A DNA stretch of 64,000 bases from an uncultured Gammaproteobacteria bacterium (GTDB taxonomy: Bacteria; Patescibacteriota; Microgenomatia; CAYQLK01), in NCBI GenBank assembly GCA_964404855.1, contig CAYOLO010000001.1, positions 94,245 through 158,244 of the forward strand. The letters are read 5' to 3'. The notes under the pieces are model-generated. The model did not search any database. It was not told the DNA's origin and saw nothing but the letters and a program-made list of their open reading frames with translations. A program made the position numbers and the translations under genes. This document shows positions 1 to 9,644 of the stretch, in pieces; the first letter of the stretch is position 1, and each line of letters opens with the position of its first letter.

Positions 1-108
1 TTTACGTTTCAGAATATCCTCGATTACTGTTCGAGTATTGCGAATTTTTGCCATTTCTGTCGGACTTGGTGCACTTGCCCAAATTTTTAATTGGTCTTCC
101 GAAATCAT
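1..108 (-). CDS. 5' part of an unannotated ORF, probable CD-NTase (CdnE-like nucleotidyltransferase); runs off the left edge
   Basis: ATG at 108-106 overlaps the hsdS TGA (ATGA). It reads MISEDQLKIWASAPSPTEMAKIRNTRTVIEDILKRK..., and the SExQLxxW...SxTExxKxxN...IxxxL pattern resembles CdnE N-termini as I recall them. The catalytic motif is outside the window. Confidence 0.55.
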   Translation of the reverse strand, partial: MISEDQLKIWASAPSPTEMAKIRNTRTVIEDILKRK

Positions 109-1370
109 ACTTTTAACATCCTCCTTCCACTTACGAGTTGTGGTATAAGCAAATCTCTAATTTTTCTTAACTTTTCATTTTTTTCAGATAAATTATCCTT
201 AAGCTCAAGAATGTTAATGCACTTGTTTTCAAATTCATCTAACAAGCCCTTGTCGGGAACAAGAATTTTATATTCTGAAATTGCAGCAGGTTTTAAATGT
301 AATACGTTTGCCCCATTTGCTTTATTTTTTGTGGTTTCAGTAAATCTATAATCTAAAAGCGTGTAATAAGTAAAAGCTGGTGGAATTTCCTGTGGAACAA
401 TTTTCACAACGTCTGCAGAGAATGTAATCTTCTGATTTCTGATATTTGGAATTCTTGCTGGTCTAGAAATAACTGCACGATCTGTAGTCATATCAGTAAC
501 AGCGACAACTATATCTCCTCGCTTTAATAACTGCTCTTCTTTTACTGAACCATTAAAATATTTAACTCCATCAAAGCGAAATCCTCCACCTCTATTAAAA
601 CTCTTAAGATTAACTAAATAATAGTTACCATCTTTATCGTTTATTTCCTCTGAAGAGTACGATGTTCCTCTTACAATTTTTGCAACCTCATCTATTCTTT
701 TCTCAACCCATCCTATAGGAACCTTACCCATAGAAGAGTCAATAAATTTAACAGTTTTATATCCAGGGTACTTAAAATTTACAAACCATTCAACGTAAAG
801 TCTTTGAGCGCTTTCTTCGAGAATCTTTATTCTTTTTGTATTGTTTTCAATTAAACTATCATACCTTTCTAGAATGTCTCCTACAGATTGCTGGGTTTTA
901 AAATCAGGAATCAAAATTTGAAAATTTTCAATGTCTGATTTAGTAAGTGCTTCTCTAGTTCCGCCTGTAGCAGAGTATCCCAGTAGACGTTTTTTGATAA
1001 ATGGATTTACTAAAAAGTATTTTAAGTACTTTCTGCTTAGGTTAATTTCATCTGCTCTAATTATTGAAACATGCTGGTTCACTCTCGCGGGCACTAAATC
1101 TTTGGGAACGCTCGTGATTCTGCCGACTGAAGCACCAGTTATATTAAGTAATACATCACCTTCTTCTACAATTACATTCTCAAGTTTTTTTGCTTGAACT
1201 TCATTTATAAAAGCAAGGTCATCGTAATTAAATTCTAGATCGTAAATATTCAGGCTTCTTATTAATGGTATTCCATTTTTAACATATGAGGATTTTCCGC
1301 CTCTTGGAGTAGCCCCGCTTCCTATCTTTGTTGTTATTTCTCTTAATTTATAACTATTCAATTTGCTCAT
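105..1370 (-). CDS. hsdS: Type I restriction-modification specificity subunit S
   Basis: Two TRD-like halves (KIGSGATPRGG...GDVLLNITGASVGR; GDIVVAVTD), conserved helical spacers (LEESAQRLYVEWF; RDLLIPQLVSG), overlaps hsdM. Confidence 0.95.
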   Translation of the reverse strand: MSKLNSYKLREITTKIGSGATPRGGKSSYVKNGIPLIRSLNIYDLEFNYDDLAFINEVQAKKLENVIVEEGDVLLNITGASVGRITSVPKDLVPARVNQHVSIIRADEINLSRKYLKYFLVNPFIKKRLLGYSATGGTREALTKSDIENFQILIPDFKTQQSVGDILERYDSLIENNTKRIKILEESAQRLYVEWFVNFKYPGYKTVKFIDSSMGKVPIGWVEKRIDEVAKIVRGTSYSSEEINDKDGNYYLVNLKSFNRGGGFRFDGVKYFNGSVKEEQLLKRGDIVVAVTDMTTDRAVISRPARIPNIRNQKITFSADVVKIVPQEIPPAFTYYTLLDYRFTETTKNKANGANVLHLKPAAISEYKILVPDKGLLDEFENKCINILELKDNLSEKNEKLRKIRDLLIPQLVSGRRMLKV

Positions 1371-2941
1371 GATATTTTGTTTAAGTCATCACTAATTTTT
1401 ATTTCTAGTTCATGTGCTTCTTGAGTTAGTGTTTTAAAATCATTAGAAAGCGTCCTAATACGAGCATCGAATTCCACATCATCAATTTCTTTTTCAAGAA
1501 TATCAACATATCTTCCGGGGTTCAGTGAATATTCGTTTTGCTTTACTTCATTTATTGTTATAGTCTTGCAGCGCCCGGGGATATTCTCATACTTTCCTGC
1601 ACCTTCTTCATTTCTAAACCTTCTGACTATCCCCGCTAGCTCTTGGATTTGTTCATCTGTCCATTTGTTGTGTGCGCGATCAACTTGTGTGTAAACGTCT
1701 TGAGCGTTGATGAAAAGAATCTGATTTTGTCTATTTGTGCCTCTTTTCCCCTTATCCAAAAACCATAGTGTTGAAGAAAGCGGAACATTTAGAAACATAT
1801 TGGAAGGTGTAGTAATAATTACATCGACCAGACCTTGATCAATAAGATTTTTTCTAATTTCTTTTTCTGCGTTACCTGCATCCGTGGCACTGTTTGCCAT
1901 GACAAAACCGGCACGACCTTTCCCCGAGAGAGCGCTTGCAAACATCTGAATCCAAAGATAATTTGCATTACTTATCTCTTTCTTACCAGTTAGCGGAAGT
2001 CCCAAAAAATACCGTGGATCTCCTTGAATTCTTGAAGGGTCAATTACAAGTTGTCCTCTAGAATCTCTTCCTTTTACATTGAAAGGTGGATTAGCTAGTA
2101 CAAAATCAAATTTTCCTACACTTTGATAAACGTCTTCATAAAAAGAGTTGGCTGGAGTAATTTTTCCAGATAATCCATGTATAGCGAGGTTCATTTTGGC
2201 AATCTTTACTGTAGAATCGGTCTTCTCTTGTCCGTAGATTGCAACCTCATCCATGACTTGGGTGTGATTTTTCAAATGAGCTTTGACAAAGTTTGCAGAC
2301 TGAACAAACATACCACCACTTCCACAAGCAGGATCGTAAATTCGTCCGTGATATGGTTCGATAATTTCGACAAGCAGTTTAACTATTGATTGAGCAGTGA
2401 AAAACTCCCCTCCATCTTGGCCTTCTGCTTTTGCAAACTCACCTAAAAAGTATTCGTATATTTCACCAAACGCATCACCCTCAATATCATCTGGGATCTG
2501 ATTGAAATTCTTCAAAAGGGTGACGATAATTCTATTGTTTTCATCTGCTCTTGAAGAAAGAGTGGTATAGTTTTGAGGCAGTACTCCTGCGAGGTCACGA
2601 TTCTCTTCTTCGATAGCAGCCATTGCTTCATTTACTGCTTTTCCAAGATTTTCGTTTTCTGGAAGACTGATTAAATATGAGAAGGTAGCTTTTTCAGGAA
2701 CGAAAAGGACGCCACGAGCCTTATAATCATCCGGGGATACAGGACGTTGTCTGCCAGATTGAGATGCGGTTTTGCTTTTTTCTAATTCACCCTGAGCTTT
2801 TTTAAAACGAACGTCAGCAAATTTAAGAAATATAAGACCCAGAATTGGTTCAGAGATTTCATTTAGTTTAAGGCTGCTATTGGCACGCATGTGTTCTGCC
2901 GCTGCCCATAGTTGTCTTTGTAGTTGTTTCTTATCGCTCAT
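1367..2941 (-). CDS. hsdM: Type I restriction-modification N6-adenine methyltransferase subunit M
   Basis: GEFFT, YDPACGSGGMF (motif I), NPPF (motif IV), HsdM N-terminal LWAAAEHMR. Confidence 0.96.
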   Translation of the reverse strand: MSDKKQLQRQLWAAAEHMRANSSLKLNEISEPILGLIFLKFADVRFKKAQGELEKSKTASQSGRQRPVSPDDYKARGVLFVPEKATFSYLISLPENENLGKAVNEAMAAIEEENRDLAGVLPQNYTTLSSRADENNRIIVTLLKNFNQIPDDIEGDAFGEIYEYFLGEFAKAEGQDGGEFFTAQSIVKLLVEIIEPYHGRIYDPACGSGGMFVQSANFVKAHLKNHTQVMDEVAIYGQEKTDSTVKIAKMNLAIHGLSGKITPANSFYEDVYQSVGKFDFVLANPPFNVKGRDSRGQLVIDPSRIQGDPRYFLGLPLTGKKEISNANYLWIQMFASALSGKGRAGFVMANSATDAGNAEKEIRKNLIDQGLVDVIITTPSNMFLNVPLSSTLWFLDKGKRGTNRQNQILFINAQDVYTQVDRAHNKWTDEQIQELAGIVRRFRNEEGAGKYENIPGRCKTITINEVKQNEYSLNPGRYVDILEKEIDDVEFDARIRTLSNDFKTLTQEAHELEIKISDDLNKIS

Positions 2942-2942
2942 A

Positions 2943-3869
2943 TTATTTTTTCTCTAACTTAAAGCTAATCTTGTAAGTGTAAAAATCAATGTTTGGAGCA
3001 ACAACTAAAGCCCTGTGTATTTTGATGTCGTCTTCGAATGCTATGACAACACCTTTTACTTTTTGATTTTCTTCCGCAAGTTCTTCTTGGACATAACCCA
3101 TATATCTTTGAATCTGTCCAATGACTACATCACTCACGCGTCCTTTTTTTAACTCAACGACTAGAATTTCTTTTTTGTCTTTGCTTATGGCAAGGATATC
3201 AATGGGGCCGGTGTCGCTGGGGTATTGTTGACCGACAATTTCACCGTCTTCTTCATAAATATCATAGTTTTTTCCAAGTTCCGTATGGTGCCAATTCTGT
3301 ACCAGGAAGTCTTCAAGATGCTTTTCAAGCGCGAATATACTTGGATCTTCTATAGTTTCATCTGTAGATATAATTGAGGCCGGATGACTACCGGATATTA
3401 ATCCTTCAATCTCTTCTGCATATTTAGAGATATTGCTTACCGTTCCGATACTTCCTGCGGAGTTTCTTAAGGATTCACCAACTTCATCTCGTGAGATGGT
3501 TCTTGCATACCATCGAACATTTCGTCTGTGAGGTAAGTTTGCGCCTTTGTGATACTCATAGCCACCTGTGACTTCTCCAACCAAGTAACTACCTTGGCCG
3601 TCAGGGCAAAGTATAATATCTCCTACTAGAATCCCTTTTGCGATTGTATGAAGCATTCCACAAGCAAGTCCGGCAGATACTTTAGTCTTTTCTGGATTGT
3701 GTTCTAAGTAAATGGGAATGTATTTTTGATTAAATTCGCGCCAATTATCGGGTAATTCGTTTGTGAGGTCTACTTCGGGGAGCCATCCTGCACCAATATA
3801 GTTACCAACGTGCGCTTCTTTTGCGTAAGCACTCCTTCTGCCTAGCATTATACGATAGTAATTCTTCAT
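2943..3869 (-). CDS. NucS/DUF91-like PD-(D/E)XK endonuclease with an N-terminal Mrr/McrB-type putative sensor domain
   Basis: C-terminal LEKHLEDFL...GPIDILA...VVELKKG...GQIQRYMG; N-terminal GDIILCP...VGEVTGGYEY...HRRNVRW; 1 nt from hsdM. Confidence 0.8.
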   Translation of the reverse strand: MKNYYRIMLGRRSAYAKEAHVGNYIGAGWLPEVDLTNELPDNWREFNQKYIPIYLEHNPEKTKVSAGLACGMLHTIAKGILVGDIILCPDGQGSYLVGEVTGGYEYHKGANLPHRRNVRWYARTISRDEVGESLRNSAGSIGTVSNISKYAEEIEGLISGSHPASIISTDETIEDPSIFALEKHLEDFLVQNWHHTELGKNYDIYEEDGEIVGQQYPSDTGPIDILAISKDKKEILVVELKKGRVSDVVIGQIQRYMGYVQEELAEENQKVKGVVIAFEDDIKIHRALVVAPNIDFYTYKISFKLEKK

Positions 3870-3870
3870 T

Positions 3871-4602
3871 TTATTTTTCTACTTCCTTCGATTCTATTCT
3901 ATAAATACAGTGTTCACAGGTGGGGTCGGAGTCGGGAAGTGTGTTGGATTCGAGACAGTCACGGGCTTTGAGAAGGGCGTCTTCTACCCAACTAGCATCT
4001 CCAGTGTAAGGGAAAATCTCGACGTCAAATTCTAGTTTGCCATCGAAGGCTTTACGGTCTGTTCTTCCGTTTGCATAAACGAAATATCCAGTATTACTAA
4101 CATCGAATCCGCTGGAACGAAGAAGCCATTGATAGATTTCTATTTGTCTTTTGTAACCATCCTTATATGGACCATCCATGTCGATGCCTTTTTCCGAGGC
4201 GGTGCTTTTGTAATCAACGACATGAAGTTGATTGTCTGGTGTAACCCAGATGTCATCAATTGCTCCAGTGACGATAAAATTGCTGAGTGGATGATGGACT
4301 TGGATGCCTTGAAAGTTCTCACGCCAAATATCCATTTTGGGATGCTGGAATGGAACTGCATTTATTTTGTAATGTTCCATTAATGGATGGGCGGTGCCGT
4401 TGGCGCGGTGGACATCAAATTCTTTTTTGAATAATGTATCGACTGCGGAGTTGAGATTAAAAGAAGGCATCGAAGGTCGACCGACACCGAGACGGCGGTC
4501 GAGATAAAAACATCTTGGACATCTAGTAAAATCTTCAAGTTTGGAACGACTTAGTTTGAATGGGACTTTTGGGTCGGGGTTGAAGATGTTGCGTTGACGC
4601 AT
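3871..4602 (-). CDS. PD-(D/E)XK nuclease superfamily protein (RecB/Cas4-like)
   Basis: LSRSKLEDFTRCPRCFY, GAIDD...VVDYKST, QIEIYQW (QxxxY), C-terminal CEHC. Confidence 0.88.
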   Translation of the reverse strand: MRQRNIFNPDPKVPFKLSRSKLEDFTRCPRCFYLDRRLGVGRPSMPSFNLNSAVDTLFKKEFDVHRANGTAHPLMEHYKINAVPFQHPKMDIWRENFQGIQVHHPLSNFIVTGAIDDIWVTPDNQLHVVDYKSTASEKGIDMDGPYKDGYKRQIEIYQWLLRSSGFDVSNTGYFVYANGRTDRKAFDGKLEFDVEIFPYTGDASWVEDALLKARDCLESNTLPDSDPTCEHCIYRIESKEVEK

Positions 4603-4704
4603 TGGTATATTTTGAATTCGTGTATTTTAGCTTATTGAGGCAAGTAATGGGAGGATTTGTTAAATATTATGGATTTTATTAGTTTTTTACATTACATTCT
4701 TTTT

Positions 4705-4830
4705 TCAATATGTTTTCTTGGCACACCAAAAATCCCAGCGTGATTTTTGTTTTTCACTTTTTCTTCGTTCTTTTGCTTAAAGACAAAAACCATGCCCACT
4801 CAGAAAAAGAGATCCAAGAAAACATATTGA
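4705..4830 (-). repeat. Structured intergenic repeat, copy A1
   Basis: Perfect 17-bp terminal inverted repeat (4705-4721/4814-4830) enclosing two arms; homologous to 6256, 11132 and 12451. Confidence 0.9.
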
Positions 4831-4880
4831 GGGAGTATGAAGTTAAGGGGCTAATAAACAGTTAGAATACGTAGATACTA

Positions 4881-5336
4881 TTAATTTTGTTGAAGTTTTT
4901 TTAATTTTTTATAATCAATTTGTTCTACCTCTCCATGTTCGTTTACAAAAAATAAATATAGATTTAATTTATCGCACACATCGTATGGAATTCGCCTGAT
5001 TGCCATTTCTTTAAAAGAAATGGGGTATCCAACCCCGTACTTGTATCCATATTTATATCCCCTTACTCCAGTTCTTTTCATTCGAGTAATTATTTGACCT
5101 AACGCAAGATTAAAATGAACCTCGCGATGAGATGATGGAAATTTTGCTCTTGTACTAGCATCACCCTTACATTCAATTAAAAAGTACCTTGAGACCTTAT
5201 TGTTTTTTACTTTTATATCAACGCCGTGCTGTTTAAGTGTTTTTGATTGAAGATTTTTGCTCCACCCTGATTTTGATAAAAATTCAATTATCTTTTCTTG
5301 AATAAAGTCCTCGGGTATTAATATTTGTTTATTCAC
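4881..5336 (-). CDS. Restriction-endonuclease-fold (PD-(D/E)XK) hypothetical protein
   Basis: GVDIKVKN...FLIECKGD...ALGQIITRM pattern. Confidence 0.65.
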   Translation of the reverse strand: MNKQILIPEDFIQEKIIEFLSKSGWSKNLQSKTLKQHGVDIKVKNNKVSRYFLIECKGDASTRAKFPSSHREVHFNLALGQIITRMKRTGVRGYKYGYKYGVGYPISFKEMAIRRIPYDVCDKLNLYLFFVNEHGEVEQIDYKKLKKLQQN

Positions 5337-5355
5337 GTTTCTATTAACTAAGCTG

Positions 5356-6225
5356 TTAAAACCAACTTTTCTTTTTGCCGGCTTCTTGGAATTGTTTGAG
5401 TAAATCTTTTTGTTTGGAGTTAAGAGTTTTGGGAACTGTGATGGTAATTATGATGTAATGATCCCCTTTGGTTTTGGTGTTAATTTTTGTCACACCTTTG
5501 CCAGCAAGTCTTATTTTGCTATCTGGTTGAGTACCAGCTGGGACTTTGACTTTTACCATTCCATCGATTGTTTCTACTTCGATGACATCACCGAGAGCGG
5601 CTTGAGTAAAATCTATTTTGGCTTCGGTATAAATATCATGACCGCGACGAGCGAATTTGCTAGAAGCAGATACCTGACAAACAATTGCAAAATCTTTAAA
5701 ACGAATCGTAGTGCCGTCGTCAACACCAGCTGGGATTTTGACTTTTTGGCGTTTGCCGTTTATCTCGAACTCTTTGGTGACACCATGAACTGCTTCGTCA
5801 AAAGAAATATGCAGACCGTATTGTGGCATGCGCTGTCTGGAACCAAATGGAGATTGACCGCCGAACATCATGTCAAAAATATCAAAAGCATCTTCAAAAC
5901 CACCAAACCCTTGATTGCCTTGTGTGCTTGACCATTGATAATTAAACCCGCCTGGGTTGCCTGCACCACCTGGTCGGCCGCCACCAAAACCTGCATTTTG
6001 GTCAAAAGCAGAGTGGCCGTACTGATCGTAAGCTGCTCTTTTGTCCTTGTCAGATAAAATTTGATAGGCTTCGTTAACTTCTTTAAAACGACTTTCGGCA
6101 CCTGCGGTTTTGTCGACGTCAGGATGAGATTTGCGGGCTTTGGCCCTGTAAGCTTTTTTTATATCATCATCTGAGGCGTTTTTTGAAACGCCTAGAGTTT
6201 CATATGGATCTTTTTTGGTACTCAT
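5356..6225 (-). CDS. dnaJ: J-domain co-chaperone DnaJ (class II, no zinc finger)
   Basis: HPD J-domain, G/F-rich linker, DnaJ C-terminal domain; no CxxCxGxG repeats; downstream of dnaK. Confidence 0.9.
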   Translation of the reverse strand: MSTKKDPYETLGVSKNASDDDIKKAYRAKARKSHPDVDKTAGAESRFKEVNEAYQILSDKDKRAAYDQYGHSAFDQNAGFGGGRPGGAGNPGGFNYQWSSTQGNQGFGGFEDAFDIFDMMFGGQSPFGSRQRMPQYGLHISFDEAVHGVTKEFEINGKRQKVKIPAGVDDGTTIRFKDFAIVCQVSASSKFARRGHDIYTEAKIDFTQAALGDVIEVETIDGMVKVKVPAGTQPDSKIRLAGKGVTKINTKTKGDHYIIITITVPKTLNSKQKDLLKQFQEAGKKKSWF

Positions 6226-6255
6226 GGTCTTTATTTAATTTAATATATTATTTTT

Positions 6256-6379
6256 CCAATTTACTTTTCTTGCACGTTCAAAATCCCAGCGAGATTTTGC
6301 ACTTTCACTTTTTGCTCGCTCTTTTGCGAACGCAAAATCCGTGCCCGCTTGCAAAAAGAGATCAAGAAAAATAAATCGG
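6256..6379 (-). repeat. Structured intergenic repeat, copy A2
   Basis: 17-bp closing stem 6256-6272/6363-6379 with two A-C mismatches (G-U on the minus strand); same internal arms as A1. Confidence 0.9.
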
Positions 6380-6395
6380 CGGGTAGATTTGGAAA

Positions 6396-6480
6396 AAAAC
6401 AAAAGGCGTCCACAGTAAAATATTGGGCTAGTTAGTTTGCTTATCAGCAAACGGGAGAGATCCACTAAAGAAAATTGAGA
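6396..6480 (-). repeat. Partial repeat: right end of the long (B-type) variant
   Basis: aaacaaaaggcgt is shared with the B core; gagatccactaaa...attgag is shared with 16495-16517; internal hairpin gtttgct-tatc-agcaaac. Confidence 0.6.
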
Positions 6481-6520
6481 GATAGGAGATTGGAATGAGA
6501 AAAATGGGAGATGCATGGGG

Positions 6521-7129
6521 TTATTTTTTGAATTTTTGACTTACACGAGGTTGTTTGTCTTCGCGAAAGTGGCGAGGACTTCTATCAGAAGGATGTTGAT
6601 AATATTGTCCAAAGACTCCAGGAGTTTTTTCTACGATATCGATTTCGCTTGTGTCGGTGAAAAATAATTCTATTGGAAATTCTTCCGGATCTTTGCCATC
6701 AAGATCAACCTCGCCAGATAATTGTCTTGCGATAGTTCTTTTACGTTTATCACCAAAAATTTCTTCCTCAGATCTAACGGCCTCACCCTGCATTTTGGCA
6801 ATTGGCAAAGCAGGAATAGATTTGTCTGGTCTTGGCATGGTAGGTTTGGGTTCGGCGGGCCTGGGTCTTGGGCGGCGGTCGATAACTAAATCTCGAGAAG
6901 ATCCTATTTTGGGTGCTTGTTTTGACTCTTCCCAAAGTTCGATTGCTAAGAAATATGTTTCAACCAGCCAACCACGATAACGACGATTGCCTTCGTCCTT
7001 AGCTTTTTGCGCATCACGCCTTAAAGCTTCTAGTCCTCGATGTGAAGATTGATATTGCTGAGCAACAACTAGTGCGGCTTGGCGTTTGTTTTGTTCTAAT
7101 TCTGATAATTCTGGATTTTCAAGTGACAT
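6521..7129 (-). CDS. Hypothetical orphan protein inserted between dnaK and dnaJ
   Basis: 202-aa ORF co-oriented with the operon; charged, with a Pro-rich linker; no recognisable motif. Confidence 0.7.
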   Translation of the reverse strand: MSLENPELSELEQNKRQAALVVAQQYQSSHRGLEALRRDAQKAKDEGNRRYRGWLVETYFLAIELWEESKQAPKIGSSRDLVIDRRPRPRPAEPKPTMPRPDKSIPALPIAKMQGEAVRSEEEIFGDKRKRTIARQLSGEVDLDGKDPEEFPIELFFTDTSEIDIVEKTPGVFGQYYQHPSDRSPRHFREDKQPRVSQKFKK

Positions 7130-7155
7130 TGTTTGATTTAATTAAATATTTTATA

Positions 7156-7318
7156 GGTTTTCTCCATATGGAGAAACAGAGTTTTTTTAATCACACTTTT
7201 CACTTCAGCTCTTTGGACTGGTGTCGTCGAGCACCTTGTTTTGCCGTCGCAAAACAAAAGGCGTTCAAAGTGTGATTGGAAGTAAAGGAAACAAAATGCG
7301 TTCATAACGAAATTGAGA
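7156..7318. repeat. Structured intergenic repeat, B-type copy B1 (left end eroded)
   Basis: 7181-7277 is 96/97 identical to 16379-16475; closing stem aatcacactt/aagtgtgatt, hairpin ttgttttgc-cgtc-gcaaaacaa; ends in the family motif attgag. Confidence 0.9.
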
Positions 7319-7367
7319 GTGATGACAAAAATGTCGGAGATAGTTTTTGGAAGAATTTGGCGAGTAA

Positions 7368-7703
7368 CTATTTCCTTTCTTTTTCTTGGTCTTCTGGATG
7401 TTTGGCTCTAATTGCAGCGACGGCCTCTCGTCGCATCCTAAGAATATTGAAGTTAATTATTCGTCCACGCTCGTCTTTGAAAGGAAGATTAGAAGCAGGA
7501 AGCGGAGATTCAGGAACGTTGACACCAGAAAGAGCTTCTTTGTGGTTGAGACGAGTAAGCGCTTCGGATATTTGGCCTTGAGTATAACCATCAGCACTGC
7601 CAGCTGGACTATCATCGGCTTTGTCCCAAAGAGCTTCTAGCTCTTCACGAGTTTTGGATTCTAGCCCAGTTGGTTTGGGTTGTGCTTCTGGCGTAAATGC
7701 CAT
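7368..7703 (-). CDS. Hypothetical orphan protein directly downstream of dnaK
   Basis: 111-aa ORF starting 10 nt after the dnaK stop. Confidence 0.7.
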   Translation of the reverse strand: MAFTPEAQPKPTGLESKTREELEALWDKADDSPAGSADGYTQGQISEALTRLNHKEALSGVNVPESPLPASNLPFKDERGRIINFNILRMRREAVAAIRAKHPEDQEKERK

Positions 7704-7713
7704 TTTTATTTTT

Positions 7714-9621
7714 TTACTTTTTTTCTTCTACGACTTCACCTTCTTGAGTCTCGCCTTCGGCGGTAGGCTCTTCGGATGGTTTTTCTTCTGATTCAGAGGC
7801 TTGGTCATTTGAAGCTTGTGGGCCTTCGGCTTGGTCATACATTGCCTGACCTACTTTTTGAGTCGAGGTACTAAGCTCATCGGTAGCTTTTTTGATGGTA
7901 TCGATATCATCAGCCTCGAGAGCTTCTTTAGCTAGTTTGACCTTTTCTTCAACCTCGGTTTTGACCTCGGCACTAACCTTGTCGCCAGCATCTTTGAGAG
8001 CTTTTTCGCTCTGGTAGATTAAGCTTTCGGCATTGTTGCGAACCTCAATGAGCTCTTTTTTCTTGTCATCTTCGGCCTTGTGAGCTTCGGCTTCTTTCAT
8101 CTTGGTTTCGACTTCTTCTTTACTTAGTGAAGTAGAACCTGTGATGGTAATCTTCTGCTCTTTGCCTGTAGCTTTGTCTTTGGCTGAGACAGCAAGGATT
8201 CCATTAGCGTCAATGTCGAATGTAACTTCGACTTGTGGAACACCGCGAGGTGCGGTTGGAATTCCATCAAGAATAAATCTTCCTAAACTCTTGTTGTCGG
8301 TAGCCATTTCGCGCTCACCTTGTAGGACGTTAATCTCTACAGAGGTTTGGTTGTCGGCCGCAGTTGAGAAAATCTGCGACTTGGAAGTCGGGATCGTACT
8401 GTTGCGGTCGATAAGCGGAGTGCGAACACCACCTAGGGTTTCGAGACCTAGGGTAAGCGGTGTGACATCAAGGAGAAGAATGTCTTTGACGTCTCCAGAT
8501 AGAACAGCTCCTTGGATAGCCGCGCCGATGGCGACAACTTCGTCAGGATTAATACCTTTGTTAGGATCTTTGCCAAAGAATTCTTTGACCTTCTCCTGAA
8601 CTTTTGGCATTCTGGTCATTCCACCTACGAGGATAACTTCGTCGATTGCCGTTGCTTCGACACCAGCATCTTTAAGGGTGTTTTTGACTGGAGTTAGGGT
8701 TTTTTCGATTAAATCTGTAACTAGCTCTTCGAGTTTTGCCCTACTTAGTTTGGTCTGCATGTGCTTAGGTCCAGAGTTGTCGGCCGTAAGATACGGAAGA
8801 CTTATTTCGGACTCTGTTGCACTAGATAGTTCGATTTTGGCTTTTTCGGCTGCGTCGCGAATTCGCTGCATTGCTGCTTTGTCGCCTGAGATATCAACAC
8901 CTTCGGTATTTTTGTACTCAGTTACAAGATGGTCGATGATAACTTGGTCAAAGTCGTCGCCTCCGAGGTGAGTGTCACCGCCGGTTGCTTTAACTTCGAA
9001 AACTCCATCGCCTAGCTCTAGAACAGAGACGTCGAATGTTCCACCACCAAGGTCGTAGACTACGATAGTGTGAGCATTTTTCTTGTCTAGCCCGTAAGCC
9101 AGAGCGGCTGCGGTTGGCTCGTTGATAATACGTTTGACATCAAGACCTGCGATTTCGCCTGCTTGTTTGGTAGCCTGACGCTGTGCATCGTCGAAGTATG
9201 CAGGAACAGTAATAACTGCTTCTTTGACATCTTCGCCTAGATAGCTCTCGGCATCTTTTTTGAGTTTGGCTAAGATCATTGCTGAGATTTCTTGTGGGGT
9301 ATAGGTTTTGCCGTCGACTTTGACGTCAGCAGAACCGTTTTTGCCCTCGACAACTTCGTAAGGAATCCACTTGAGTAGACTCTGAACTTCTTTGTCTTTT
9401 AATTTACGCCCCATTAGACGCTTAACACTGAAAATCGTGTTTTTTGAATTGACGACGATTTGGCGTTTGGCCACATCTCCGACAATGTTTTTGGTTGGAT
9501 CAACAACTGAAGGTACAGTATTACGACCTTCGGCTGAGTGGATAACTTTTGGTTCTCCACCTTCCATTACTGAAACAACCGAGTTGGTTGTACCTAGATC
9601 AATTCCTATTATTTTTGACAT
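7714..9621 (-). CDS. dnaK: Chaperone DnaK (Hsp70)
   Basis: [38 protein letters not shown]. Confidence 0.99.
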   Translation of the reverse strand: MSKIIGIDLGTTNSVVSVMEGGEPKVIHSAEGRNTVPSVVDPTKNIVGDVAKRQIVVNSKNTIFSVKRLMGRKLKDKEVQSLLKWIPYEVVEGKNGSADVKVDGKTYTPQEISAMILAKLKKDAESYLGEDVKEAVITVPAYFDDAQRQATKQAGEIAGLDVKRIINEPTAAALAYGLDKKNAHTIVVYDLGGGTFDVSVLELGDGVFEVKATGGDTHLGGDDFDQVIIDHLVTEYKNTEGVDISGDKAAMQRIRDAAEKAKIELSSATESEISLPYLTADNSGPKHMQTKLSRAKLEELVTDLIEKTLTPVKNTLKDAGVEATAIDEVILVGGMTRMPKVQEKVKEFFGKDPNKGINPDEVVAIGAAIQGAVLSGDVKDILLLDVTPLTLGLETLGGVRTPLIDRNSTIPTSKSQIFSTAADNQTSVEINVLQGEREMATDNKSLGRFILDGIPTAPRGVPQVEVTFDIDANGILAVSAKDKATGKEQKITITGSTSLSKEEVETKMKEAEAHKAEDDKKKELIEVRNNAESLIYQSEKALKDAGDKVSAEVKTEVEEKVKLAKEALEADDIDTIKKATDELSTSTQKVGQAMYDQAEGPQASNDQASESEEKPSEEPTAEGETQEGEVVEEKK

Positions 9622-9644
9622 ATATTTTGTCTCCTTTTTTTATT

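Noticed and set aside
4705-4830. Resemblance of the repeat to the HDV ribozyme (GGCAUGGU...CGCUGG) or hammerhead (GAAA, AUC)
   Set aside because: The HDV nested double-pseudoknot pairings cannot be formed, and no CUGANGA core is conserved across copies
6235-6516. ORFs over the repeats (6235-6516, 7042-7275, 11071-11269, 12500-12796, 16419-16619)
   Set aside because: They are low-complexity translations of the structured repeats, and frames are not conserved between copies
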